Below are positions 50,881 through 60,616 of a stretch of 64,000 nt of DNA, in pieces. A program made the position numbers and the translations under genes. The stretch covers positions 2,176,001-2,240,000 of the forward strand of contig CBDCCK010000002.1 of NCBI GenBank assembly GCA_965214835.1. Reading direction: 5' to 3'. Numbering within the stretch: position 1 is the stretch's first letter; the number at the start of each line of letters is the position of its first letter. The DNA comes from Nitrosopumilaceae archaeon (GTDB taxonomy: Archaea; Thermoproteota; Nitrososphaeria; Nitrososphaerales; Nitrosopumilaceae). The notes below the pieces were generated by a model. It was not told the DNA's origin, did no database searches, and saw only the letters and a program-made list of their open reading frames with translations.

Positions 50881-51477
50881 ATGTCCATGTATATGCCTGG
50901 CGCGACGGCAGTAGGCATCACCTATAACGGAGGCGTAGTCTTTGCCAGCGAAAAAAGAATAGCATACGGCAACTTTCTGGTCAGCAAGAACACCAAAAAG
51001 ACGTTCCAGATCACCCAAAAGGTAGGCGCCGCATGTGCCGGCCTTGTAGCAGACATGCAGATCCTGTCCCTGCAGATCTCCGCCTTGGCAAGGATCAGGA
51101 GGATGGAGCTAAAGCGCGACGTCCCCCCCAACACCATCGCCAAGATGATGTCAAACATGATGTATGAGCGCAGGTTCTTTCCACTACTCACACAGGTCAT
51201 AGTAGGCGGGGTAGTTGACAAGCCGGTAATCTATACGCTGGATCCGCTAGGCTCCGTTCTCCCCGACGAGTATGCAGCAGTAGGCACCGGCGCCGAGATG
51301 GCACTGGGAGTGCTGGATCCGCAGTTCAAGCCAGGCATGTCCGAGGAGGAGGCGGTGGAGCTGGCAAAAAAGGCCATAAGGGCCGCATCCTTGAGGGACT
51401 CGTTTAGCGGCGACGGGCTTGATATTCTGGTCATCAACTCTGCTGAGGCTCGAGAGATTACAGAGGCCGCAGCCTAG
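50881..51477 (+). CDS. psmB: Proteasome subunit beta
   Basis: PGATAVGI, GLVAD, LDPLGS, AVGTG, RDSFSGDG. Confidence 0.95.
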   Translation: MSMYMPGATAVGITYNGGVVFASEKRIAYGNFLVSKNTKKTFQITQKVGAACAGLVADMQILSLQISALARIRRMELKRDVPPNTIAKMMSNMMYERRFFPLLTQVIVGGVVDKPVIYTLDPLGSVLPDEYAAVGTGAEMALGVLDPQFKPGMSEEEAVELAKKAIRAASLRDSFSGDGLDILVINSAEAREITEAAA

Positions 51478-51480
51478 CCC

Positions 51481-51589
51481 CCTGATTGTCTTGCCGGCCT
51501 CCCAGGACTTGTCTGGAAATGATCAAGGATCTAGGACTATCAGAGGGCGATCTGCCTGATTGTCTTGCCGGCCTCCCAGAACTTGTCTG
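51481..51589. repeat. 35-bp direct repeat (1 mismatch) around a 39-bp insert
   Basis: CCTGATTGTCTTGCCGGCCTCCCAG(G/A)ACTTGTCTG at 51481-51515 and 51555-51589. Confidence 0.93.
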
Positions 51590-52025
51590 ATATATAATGA
51601 ATGTTCCTTACTACCTTCCCACTCTCCATCGAGTCTAGCTCCACGCTTGATACCACAGACAGTCCGACTGCCAGGAACCTGTGCTGGGACTCGTCGACTA
51701 TGCACACCACCTCGTCCCTTTGAAACTCCGAGTGCGCCTTGATTCCGGGCCTCATGACGTTGGCTCCATTGCACATGAACCTGACTGCCCCCATGTCCAC
51801 TGTCACCTGCGGAAACCTTCTCAGGAGCTCGTCCTGCGTCAAAAACGGCAGGTATTGGCCGTCCACATGCAGGATCACAAGCCCCCCTCCGGTGATGATC
51901 TTCCCGCCGGGCTCGACCTCGTGAACCATGAGGTTTTTTACCCTTGGGATGTCAACACCCCATCTTTGGGCGACATGCCTCAGGATGGAGGAGGTCTCGC
52001 TCTTGGATACGGGGTTGGATTTCAA
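51540..52025 (-). CDS. PUA-domain RNA-binding protein (MCT-1/Tma20-like)
   Basis: VTVDMGAVRFMCNGANVMRPGI, HYISDKFW. Confidence 0.9.
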   Translation of the reverse strand: MKSNPVSKSETSSILRHVAQRWGVDIPRVKNLMVHEVEPGGKIITGGGLVILHVDGQYLPFLTQDELLRRFPQVTVDMGAVRFMCNGANVMRPGIKAHSEFQRDEVVCIVDESQHRFLAVGLSVVSSVELDSMESGKVVRNIHYISDKFWEAGKTIRQIAL

Positions 52026-53029
52026 GGTATGGTCATCTGCCTTCTGATATCAAGCAGGTCGCGAAGAATCGCGCTTGCAGTCTCGATCCCCCCCGCACCC
52101 CTTCCTATGATGGTCTGGGTTCCAGAGTGCTCTGATGTAAAGGCGATTGCGTTGAGCGTCCCGTTCACGCAAAGCGGGTCGTCTGTCGGAACCTCCCTTG
52201 GCGATACGGCCAGCTCCCCGTCGCAGAATGCGACAAGCTTTATCGCACAGTTGTTTGCTGCGGCCCTCTTAATGTCCCCTGTAGTCACACCTCTTATCCC
52301 CGTGCAGTCGATGTCCGGCAGCGTCACCTTCATGCCCATGATCCAGTTTGCCAGTATGACCAGCTTTGCGGCCGCATCCAGACCGTCCAGGTCCAGGGAC
52401 TCGTCTGCCTCCACGTATCCCAGGCTCTGCGCGTCTGCCAGCGCGGCCTCAAAGCTCATCCCGCCTGCCATGTTTGTCAGGATGTAGTTTGTAGTCCCGT
52501 TGAGAATTCCCGCAAATGACGTGATCCTCTCCCCCTGCAGGCTGTTTTTTGCGTAATTTAGGATTGGGGTTCCCCCGCCCACGGTTCCGCTGAACCTCAG
52601 GATTACCCTGTTGTAGGTTGCCAGCTCCATAAGTGACGGAAAGGCCAGCGCCAGCGGTCCCTTGTTTGCCGACACTATATGCATGTGTCTTTTCATCGCA
52701 GCGGTAATGTGTGTCATTCCGGGCTCTGCATCCCTGTAGTTGCTTGCCGTCGTCTCTATGAGCACGTCTGCATCGAGGCCTTTTATCATGTCAAGTCCTG
52801 ACATCTGCCCTGCATTCTTGTACCCTGCGACGGTGCCGTGTTTTTTTGCCTCAAGAAGCCCGTCCAGGTCCAGCCCGGACTGATCGGCTACGCCCCCGCC
52901 GCTGTCAAAGGCACCGACTATCCTCGGCTTTAATCCGTACTTTGAGTAAAGATCATCTGCCCGTGACATGAATAGCTTGGCCAGGCTCTGCCCTACCACG
53001 CCGAATCCGCACACTATTATCCTCATCAC
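52022..53029 (-). CDS. hom: Homoserine dehydrogenase
   Basis: GFGVVG, ANKGP, VGGGTP, GILNGTTNYIL, GRGAGG. Confidence 0.95.
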   Translation of the reverse strand: MMRIIVCGFGVVGQSLAKLFMSRADDLYSKYGLKPRIVGAFDSGGGVADQSGLDLDGLLEAKKHGTVAGYKNAGQMSGLDMIKGLDADVLIETTASNYRDAEPGMTHITAAMKRHMHIVSANKGPLALAFPSLMELATYNRVILRFSGTVGGGTPILNYAKNSLQGERITSFAGILNGTTNYILTNMAGGMSFEAALADAQSLGYVEADESLDLDGLDAAAKLVILANWIMGMKVTLPDIDCTGIRGVTTGDIKRAAANNCAIKLVAFCDGELAVSPREVPTDDPLCVNGTLNAIAFTSEHSGTQTIIGRGAGGIETASAILRDLLDIRRQMTIP

Positions 53030-53075
53030 ATCTCACCCCGGTTGACCCTAGACCCCTATCATCAATCCCGTTTTA

Positions 53076-53489
53076 TTAATTATTTTTTACCGGCACTGCC
53101 TCGTCCCGCCCTTTTTTCAGATCAAGCGATGCCGAGTTTATGCAGTACCTTAGGTTGGTCGGCCCTGGGCCGTCATCAAACACGTGGCCCAGGTGTGCCC
53201 CGCACCCTTTGCACGCCACCTCGGTCCGCACCATTCCGTGGCTTGCATCGTCGGAGCACTCGATCCTTTGGCCATCAACAGGCTCCCAAAAGCTGGGCCA
53301 GCCCGTACCGGAGTCAAACTTGGCACCCGAGCTGAACAGCTCCTTGCCGCAGCATACGCACCTGTAGGTTCCCTCCTCCCTGCAGTCGTGATATTTTCCC
53401 GTAAAGGGAGCCTCGGTTGCCTTGTTTACGCACACCTCGTACTGATCGGGATCAAGCCTTTTTTTTAGCTCGCCTGTGTCCATCCTCAT
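53076..53489 (-). CDS. msrB: Peptide-methionine (R)-S-oxide reductase
   Basis: [27 protein letters not shown]. Confidence 0.97.
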   Translation of the reverse strand: MRMDTGELKKRLDPDQYEVCVNKATEAPFTGKYHDCREEGTYRCVCCGKELFSSGAKFDSGTGWPSFWEPVDGQRIECSDDASHGMVRTEVACKGCGAHLGHVFDDGPGPTNLRYCINSASLDLKKGRDEAVPVKNN

Positions 53490-55141
53490 TGCCTTGAGGA
53501 GGCCGTCTTGCTATTAGAATATTTCTTGAGCTTTTTTCGCCTTGCCTCTGCCCGCTTTTCTGACTCGAACCTCTCAAGGTCGTATTCCTTCATGTCTGCA
53601 AACCTTATGATCCCCGACAGGCTGGGATGAACCCTGCTTATCTGCCTGAACATCTCCTGTGCAACCCGGCGATAGTCTGCGTGTCCCTGTGGCACCGTCC
53701 TCAGCTCGATTAGGTGCGTGGCCTCCCGCAGGTTCATGCGCATAAAGTACGGATAGTTGTACGCAAAGTTTACCACGTACTGGGACTGCTCGGGGAACCG
53801 CCCTCGGATCCTCTCAAACACCTGCCTTGAGCTCTCCATGCAGTCCTTAAAGTCCCCGTCGATTCCGAGAATTTCCAGCTCCTGTGGCATGCTAAACCCC
53901 AGATCCGTACTCAGCAGCTGCCTTTCAAGCGTGAGCGTCCTGTGCCTGTGAAGGTCCCTGAACATCCCAAAGTTGTTGACCAGATCAAAGGTGTATTCTG
54001 CCATCTCAAAGGCCCTTGGGGGCCTGTGCCTCCTGTTCCCCCTCAGCCTTGCAAAACTCTGGATGATCCTGTTTTTTTGCACGCCGGTCATCTTCCTGAC
54101 GCCTGCGGCAATCCTGTGATACGGCGCCCCCCGGGCCTGCTCGTACAGGATCGCAGAGACTATCTTGTCAGTAGCACCCCTCTCTGAATCATAGTCTACA
54201 AGCCTAGTCACCTCCCCCGCTGCAGTATGGGGCCTTGTGTATCTTTTCGAATACGCCCCTGACGTGTCCCTGATCTTTTGCAGGTATTTCTGCAGCGCCC
54301 TTCCGTACCTGTCGTCTGATCTTTTGACAAACGACCCGATCGTGGCGTCTAGCTCCCTCTTGATCTGGCGCGCAAGCATCCTTTCCTCGTCTAGGCCCGA
54401 ACCAAACAGTATTGCAAGGAGATACTCAAAGGCGCGCCCGTTGCCCGTTATGCCTATGTTTGTAAGCGTGGATGCAGGCAGCAGTCCACGCAGGATGTCT
54501 AGCGCCTTGGCCTTGGTCGAACCGCGATAGATGAGGCCTGCAGACCTTATGTCCGACTCTGTCTTCAGCCTTCCAAAGGGCTTTTCCCTGCCGTCCTGCG
54601 AGTCCCTGAACCTGTATTTTTCTATCGGGTATTTCTCCCTGATGTATTTTATCGTGGACTCTATGTTTTTTGAATACACCTCAAAGTCATAGTTGCACGC
54701 ATCAACGTATGCGTCTGCAAACCTTGACTCCATCAGGGCGGGGTCGCGGTAAAACCCGTACCTCCCGTTTGTCTTTTTGTCCCACGAAACGTACCGCGAT
54801 GATTTTTCCAGGTACGACAGGCCAATCCTCCGGTCCTCGATTTTCTTGACCGCGATGTTTGTCAGCCCCTCGATGGCGACTTGCGCCCCTCCGAGCTCGG
54901 CGACTGAGTCATCGCCGTACTCGACTAGCACCCTGTCGTAAAACTCCTCTCCCCTGTCCTTGTTTTGCAGGAACTCATCCAGGAAGACCCTCCTCATGCT
55001 CTTGTCCGTCCTGCTGTACCTTGACATGAGGGCGCCGCGATCCACCTGCCGCGGCGTGGTTATTGCAAAGACCGATCTGTTCGTATTTGAAAAGTGCTCG
55101 GAAAGTATCTTTTTTTCCCTGGGGGAGAACTCTGGCAACAA
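53486..55141 (-). CDS. thyX: FAD-dependent thymidylate synthase (long, two-domain type)
   Basis: [29 protein letters not shown]. Confidence 0.9.
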   Translation of the reverse strand: MLPEFSPREKKILSEHFSNTNRSVFAITTPRQVDRGALMSRYSRTDKSMRRVFLDEFLQNKDRGEEFYDRVLVEYGDDSVAELGGAQVAIEGLTNIAVKKIEDRRIGLSYLEKSSRYVSWDKKTNGRYGFYRDPALMESRFADAYVDACNYDFEVYSKNIESTIKYIREKYPIEKYRFRDSQDGREKPFGRLKTESDIRSAGLIYRGSTKAKALDILRGLLPASTLTNIGITGNGRAFEYLLAILFGSGLDEERMLARQIKRELDATIGSFVKRSDDRYGRALQKYLQKIRDTSGAYSKRYTRPHTAAGEVTRLVDYDSERGATDKIVSAILYEQARGAPYHRIAAGVRKMTGVQKNRIIQSFARLRGNRRHRPPRAFEMAEYTFDLVNNFGMFRDLHRHRTLTLERQLLSTDLGFSMPQELEILGIDGDFKDCMESSRQVFERIRGRFPEQSQYVVNFAYNYPYFMRMNLREATHLIELRTVPQGHADYRRVAQEMFRQISRVHPSLSGIIRFADMKEYDLERFESEKRAEARRKKLKKYSNSKTASSRQ

Positions 55142-55167
55142 CTCTGCAATGGCACGTGATTAATTAT

Positions 55168-55452
55168 CTATTTCTTTTTGTTGATCTGGATCAGATCGGG
55201 CTGCTTTGTCCTTTCCGCTCCCCTGGACTGCCACTTTATCAAGACGTCCTTGAACGTGTCTGCAAACTGCTGATCCTCGGTATACATTATCGTCGTAACC
55301 CAGTATCCTTTTCCGGCCTTTCCGCCACGCGAGTTCATCCAAAAGTTGTCTGGCAGCCCCTGCATTGCCCTGTTCCCGGGATCCTCTGACATCTGGCTCC
55401 AGTGCTTTGAGACAAACCGCAGGATCTGCCCAAGCTCACTTTGCTTAATCAT
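55168..55452 (-). CDS. Hypothetical protein
   Basis: 94-aa ORF co-oriented directly upstream of thyX. Confidence 0.7.
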   Translation of the reverse strand: MIKQSELGQILRFVSKHWSQMSEDPGNRAMQGLPDNFWMNSRGGKAGKGYWVTTIMYTEDQQFADTFKDVLIKWQSRGAERTKQPDLIQINKKK

Positions 55453-55585
55453 GTATGGGATGCTTGGCTGGGATTTTAAAATTGTGCTGTTTTGGAACCC
55501 GTCGGAGTTTGGTTAATTAATTCTTACAAACTCTTGAAAGCTTTCTCACACCCTGTCGGTTATATGTATCGCAAGAGAGCCTGTC

Positions 55586-56416
55586 ATGAGCAACGGAGAG
55601 ATCGAGCTTGTCGCAAAGCCGGTCAAAGACATGTACGGCACCTCTGTAGGAGTCGTTTTGGGCACCATCACCGACATCGACGGCAGCATTCAGACGGTTG
55701 GAGTGGACTGCGGTTCTGCAGGATTGCAGCAAATTCCATACGAGCAGCTAGTCGTCCAGGGTGACGTGGTGATATTCATTCCCAAGTGGAGGCTGGATTC
55801 CCAGAGGCTGATCCGCGAAAAGGGGTTGGCCCTGCGCCGTCTCAAAGCCTTGATGGACATTGTCTCTGAAAATGGCGACATGAAGGAGGATGCAGAAATA
55901 ATCCACGAGAAATACAAGGCCAGACTCATTTCCCTTGACGAGTCCGAGCGTGAAATCAGAGCAAGGCTAGAGGAGCGACTGACGGAGCTGAACATTCAGA
56001 TGAGGGCAGCCAAGACTGTGCAGTTTGATTCCAAGGTACAGTACAAGAGCAATGAGATTGCCGAATCTACCTTTGATTTGGTTACAAAGCAGGCCAATAC
56101 CCTGGTCGAGCACATCACTCACGAGACCGCCGAGATTGCAAACGTCCAGAGGCGTATTGCAGACCTGGACTTGGAAATCAAGGAGACTGAAGGGCCGCCA
56201 GCAAAAAACCTGGAGGATTCCGCCGTAACCTACCTGGCAAACCAGCCAGATGTAAAAACAACACTACCTGAGGCTCCGACTACCCGGCCGGTTCCAGAAC
56301 CTAGCACGGCAAGCCCCGAAAGCGTACCAGAACCACCTCAACAGGTGACAGCAGGGACATCAAAGGGGACTGCCAGCAAGGAACCTGACTGGCTGGCCAG
56401 GATGGAGGCCCAGTAG
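55586..56416 (+). CDS. cdvA: CdvA-like cell division protein
   Basis: PRC-barrel-like start (KPVKDMYGTSVG), IPKWR, long coiled coil, Pro-rich tail. Confidence 0.85.
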   Translation: MSNGEIELVAKPVKDMYGTSVGVVLGTITDIDGSIQTVGVDCGSAGLQQIPYEQLVVQGDVVIFIPKWRLDSQRLIREKGLALRRLKALMDIVSENGDMKEDAEIIHEKYKARLISLDESEREIRARLEERLTELNIQMRAAKTVQFDSKVQYKSNEIAESTFDLVTKQANTLVEHITHETAEIANVQRRIADLDLEIKETEGPPAKNLEDSAVTYLANQPDVKTTLPEAPTTRPVPEPSTASPESVPEPPQQVTAGTSKGTASKEPDWLARMEAQ

Positions 56417-56887
56417 GTTTTTTCTTTCCTCCTAATTTTTCATGCCGAACTTTTCAATCCCATATAGCCTTTGCAAAAACCTCCGAACCTCATGGCGTTT
56501 TAGCAGGCAGCCCTGCTGGCGGCGGGCTTTTTTCATGAAGTGTGGCGGTGTCGACTAAAAAAACGGGATGTTTTTTCTTTAAAATGTCCCCGATGCCTCA
56601 AAATAACGCGTGCAAAAACGGTGACTGCCTCAAATCCCGGGGTTTTTACTGGTCACGTCTGGGACCCCTGATCCGCCCTCCTCTCTTTGATGATTCGGGT
56701 GACTTTTCTGACCAACCTCTCGTCTTTTGCGACCAGATCCCTCAGGACAGCCTTGTATTTTTCATCCCCCCACCTGTCAGATGCAATCATGTGTTTTACC
56801 AGGTTTACAATATCTGACTTGTTTCTTTGATGATCGCGCCTTGCATTTTCCAAGTCATCCAACACCCCCCGTGCAAATCCGCGCTAT

Positions 56888-57703
56888 TTAGAAATTTATG
56901 CCGTCTACACCGGGCTTTATCGCCCTGGCGCCGGCCCTCAGGCACTGCAGCACGCCTGCCTCTGAGACGTCCATGCCCAGGATCTCAGAGTACGGTGTGA
57001 CCGTGGCCTGTATGGAGGCAGGTGCCACGCGTATTGCGGCCATCATCCCCGTGATGTTTGGTCCAAACTCGGTTCCCGGCACGTTCCATGACCTGTCGTC
57101 CTCGATGCACATGTTGCCGCAGTCGGCGCATTTGCGCCTGTATGCGGTGTGCTGTGTCGTGACCGGCTCGGGCCTCCTGGGGGTATCGGTCACAAGCTTG
57201 GAGAAGATCTCTTCGGGATTCTCCATGTTGGTGCTACTGCACTTGCCACACTTTTCGGGACAGTGTTTCTTAAACTCGGTCGGCTTTCTCCTGTGTGATG
57301 CCCCCTCGTGTTCCGGCTTGCGGCCCGGCCTCGACTTTGCGGATGCGGGCGCGCCTCCTGATGCCTTTGCGGCAGCGGCCTTTTTCTGCCTGGTCGGAAT
57401 CGAGTTCTGCGAGGGGGGGGGTGTGCGGGTTTTCGTAATATTTGATGTGCTGTCTGAGCTGCCGGTTTTCTGCCTCCAGCATCGCGATTCGTGCCGTGGC
57501 CTCGGCCAGCTGTGTGGCAAGCTCCTCGCTTCTTGTGGCAAATTCCCTTTTCATCCTGCCAATCTCCGCTATGAGGCGGGCTGTCTCGTCGCGCAGTATC
57601 CTGACCTCCGAGCCTGATGACATGCATTTTTCTAGGTGATGCTGTCTTATAGATCAGATGGTCAGGAAGAATTCAGCAAGTAGGTGAAGAGGTAAACTCA
57701 TAC
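56888..57703 (-). mobile_element. Truncated IS66-family element, frameshifted at a poly-C tract
   Basis: YYENP, RPGRKPEHEG, CGKC and CADC zinc finger, FGPN; end GTATGAGTTTACC at 57703 resembles MITE family A IR. Confidence 0.82.
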
Positions 57704-58157
57704 ATTACATAGTATCTATACAGGCGTTCCAGCACGGGACGTGGGCACATGTCCGGGGGTATTTTGAAAAGGTCTCAAAAATGCTGAGACCCGGCGGCCT
57801 GTTCTTTTTGCGCGTGAATTCCGCATCCACGGACGTCTATTTTGATCACAAGGTGGTAGAACGGGATGATACTGGGGGCTTTACGGTCCTGTACCATGAC
57901 GGCCCGAAGGGGGGGGGCTGGACATACACTTCTATTCGCGCCGTGAGCTGGACGGACTGTGCGCGGACTTTGAATACGTTGTCCCGCCATGCGAGCAGAT
58001 GACCAAGAGGGACGGCCCAAAGACCGGCACATGGTCACAATGGGAGATCATACTGCAGAAGAGGTGATTATGGCATGAGGATCATTCATTCCATACGGAA
58101 GGCATGTCCAGACTCGCTTGCAGGCAGAAAGATACTGGTGTGCACGCATGCAACAAG
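57704..58157 (+). pseudogene. Diverged duplicate of the methyltransferase 3' half and downstream DNA (58966-59417)
   Basis: ~450-bp direct repeat; frameshift at GGGGGGGGG near 57910. Confidence 0.9.
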
Positions 58158-58422
58158 CACCACCGCCGTTTTCTTTCTGGGATCAGTTCTTCCCCCAAGT
58201 TCCAGTCGGTGCTTCCATCTCCACGGAAGGCTGATTCGAAATCAGCAGATTCGCATCATGCGTAAGCTGGCTTGTATTGAATCGATCAAAATGTCTGCCG
58301 TGGAGGGGGCGGTTTGGTTGGAATTTCTTGTTGTTTTTAATTAGAAAAAAAGGCTAGTATAACGCTAGCACTACTCGCCTGAAACCCAAGGATTATAGAG
58401 AATGTTACATTTTAAACCTTGT

Positions 58423-58493
58423 GGGCCCCTAGTATAATGGTAGTACACTCGCCTGAAATCCGAGAGGTCCGGGTTCGATTCCCGGGGGGTCCA
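58423..58493 (+). tRNA. tRNA with GAA anticodon (nominally Phe), atypical body; possibly a pseudo-tRNA
   Basis: Cloverleaf: GGGCCCC/GGGGTCC acceptor, GTAT/GTAC D stem, CTCGC/CCGAG anticodon stem (C:C mismatch), loop CTGAAAT, CCGGG-TTCGATT-CCCGG T arm, A discriminator. Confidence 0.8.
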
Positions 58494-58601
58494 CAAACCC
58501 ATAACCGTGACGGTTTGCCGGTCAGACTGTATCCTGGCGAGATGGCGTGTCATGGAGCGAGGGAGTGGCTTGCGTTTTGGCCTGCTGACTGTTGAATGTA
58601 A

Positions 58602-59327
58602 TTGCTAAATAGTCATCACGGCAGAGTGTATGCGGTGGATGACGACTTGGTGTCGCAGAGATGGGATGCCCAGTATGCAGATGGGAAATATTCAGACGTG
58701 CTAAGCATAGCTTTCACCGACAGGATAGTCGACACGCTCGTAGGCGAGTCCGCCGAGGACATCGCCTGGCCAGGCTGCGGTGACGGGCTGTATGTAGGGT
58801 GCGGCAATGGGAGGAACTTTGTTGCCATCGCCGACTCCAGACTGGGGATTCGCGGCATCGACGTCTCGCCTGTGGCAATAAGGCAGCTGTCAGAGCGGAG
58901 ACCGGATCTGGCAGGCAGGCTGTCCTGTATGGACTTTGCAGACTGTCCGGAGAGGCCGCTGCTGGATTACATAGTGTCGATACAGGCGTTCCAGCACGGG
59001 ACGGGGGCACAGGTCCGGGGGTACTTTGAAAAGGTCTCAAGAATGCTGAGACCCGGCGGCCTGTTCTTTTTGCGCGTGAATTCCGCATCCACGGACGTCT
59101 GTTTTGATCACGAGGTGGTAGAGCGTGATGATACGGGTGGCTTTACGGTCCTGTACCATGACGGCCCGAAAAGAGGGCTTAACGTACACTTCTATTCGCG
59201 CCGTGAGCTGGACGCGCTGTGTGCGGACTTTGAATACGTTGCCGCGCCATGCGAGCAGGTGACCGAGAGGGACGGCCCAAAGACAGGCACGTGGTTGCAG
59301 TGGGAGACCGTAATGCGGAAGAGGTGA
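58602..59327 (+). CDS. Class I SAM-dependent methyltransferase
   Basis: VGCGNGRN, GIDVS, LRPGGLFF; start uncertain. Confidence 0.88.
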   Translation: MLNSHHGRVYAVDDDLVSQRWDAQYADGKYSDVLSIAFTDRIVDTLVGESAEDIAWPGCGDGLYVGCGNGRNFVAIADSRLGIRGIDVSPVAIRQLSERRPDLAGRLSCMDFADCPERPLLDYIVSIQAFQHGTGAQVRGYFEKVSRMLRPGGLFFLRVNSASTDVCFDHEVVERDDTGGFTVLYHDGPKRGLNVHFYSRRELDALCADFEYVAAPCEQVTERDGPKTGTWLQWETVMRKR

Positions 59328-59467
59328 TTGTGGCATGAGGATCATCCGTTCCATACGGAAGGCATGTTCTGACTCGCTTGCAGGCAGAGGGATACTGGTG
59401 TGCACGCATGCGACAGGCTCTGCCGCCTCTTGGCAATGCTAAATAGGAGCCATGAATTCATACCCTC

Positions 59468-59824
59468 ATGCCTGCCAAGGGCCCTGTCAGTCTGACGTGG
59501 CAAACAATATTCTGTTTCATTCCGATAATGGACATTGTGGCCTCCTACAGGGTGAGGAGAATGCGGTGGTATCTTTTGATCATCACTGTTTTTAACGCAA
59601 TTTCTACAGGCGTCCAGCTGATCCTCATCCCGTTTGATGAGGCCCCGGTGTATGACCAAAAGGTGTTCTCGGAGGAGACCGGGTTTGACTGGGGCTATGC
59701 GGTTTTAGGAGGCAGCCCGGAACTGACAATCGGTGCCTTCATTATTCACACTGCAATCGCATATGCCATCGCGGTGTACCTCATCAGAAGATGGTCCAAA
59801 AAATGGAATCTTCGGCTCGCCTAG
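59468..59824 (+). CDS. Small membrane protein
   Basis: Hydrophobic segments; ends YLIRRWSKKWN. Confidence 0.75.
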   Translation: MPAKGPVSLTWQTIFCFIPIMDIVASYRVRRMRWYLLIITVFNAISTGVQLILIPFDEAPVYDQKVFSEETGFDWGYAVLGGSPELTIGAFIIHTAIAYAIAVYLIRRWSKKWNLRLA

Positions 59825-59937
59825 GCTTTTTGATTTTTTTGAACCGGGACATTCATGGGCTGCGGTTCTCGTCGGGACACGCCGGGTGCCGTTTTCCAAA
59901 AACCACCATGTTTATTTGAAATCGGATTCAATATGTA

Positions 59938-60300
59938 TTGGCTGAGATCATGGGCGGGAATGAGGCAAGGCGGGGTTTGGATTGTACGGGACGGCAGGAT
60001 GTGGCGGACGCGGCATCTGTCGGTCTGGAGGATCTGCGGCTGGATATAGACCGCGTTGACGGCAGGATAATCGACCTAGTCTCACAAAGACTGGATATTG
60101 CAAAAAGGGTGGCCGCCTACAAAAGGGCCAATGGAATCCCGATACTGGATGAGACGAGGGAGGAATCCGTGGTGTCTGTCTTTGAGCGGGAGTTGGCAGG
60201 GCGCGGCATGAGTCCGGAGACCGGGAGGATCCTGGCCAGGGCGCTGATAGATGCGGCCATTGCGGAGGAAAGGCGCCTGTTTGGCGACACCGCACCATGA
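59938..60300 (+). CDS. Chorismate mutase (AroQ type)
   Basis: LEDLRLDIDRVD..IIDLVSQR..AKRVAAYK...DETRE. Confidence 0.85.
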   Translation: MAEIMGGNEARRGLDCTGRQDVADAASVGLEDLRLDIDRVDGRIIDLVSQRLDIAKRVAAYKRANGIPILDETREESVVSVFERELAGRGMSPETGRILARALIDAAIAEERRLFGDTAP

Positions 60301-60616
60301 CTGTAAGGTGGATCGTAACGTCTGGTGTGCTTTCAGTGTGTTTGGCAAAAATTTTGATTGGCGCTCGCATGATGGGAGTCTGGCGTATCTTGGGTTTCCC
60401 GGCGTCCGGTTTGTGTGTGTTTTTGGTTTTTTAGCCTGTGTTACTGTCGTCGTGGCTGAAAACATGCCATCGTATCATTTATACCATAACCACGAGATAG
60501 GAATGGTATGGGCATGATGGCAAACGTGATCATAACCGTGAACGTAAGCAACAAATTCCCAAAGAACGAAAACCGTAAAAAGAATAGCTCTCGTATCAAG
60601 GCAAGGAACATGTAAG

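Noticed and set aside
58354-58466. tRNA half-duplication as a fourth spacer-integration scar (75-bp period)
   Set aside because: The tRNA acceptor strand lies in the interval and is not found before the first copy, so insertion geometry does not fit; reported separately.
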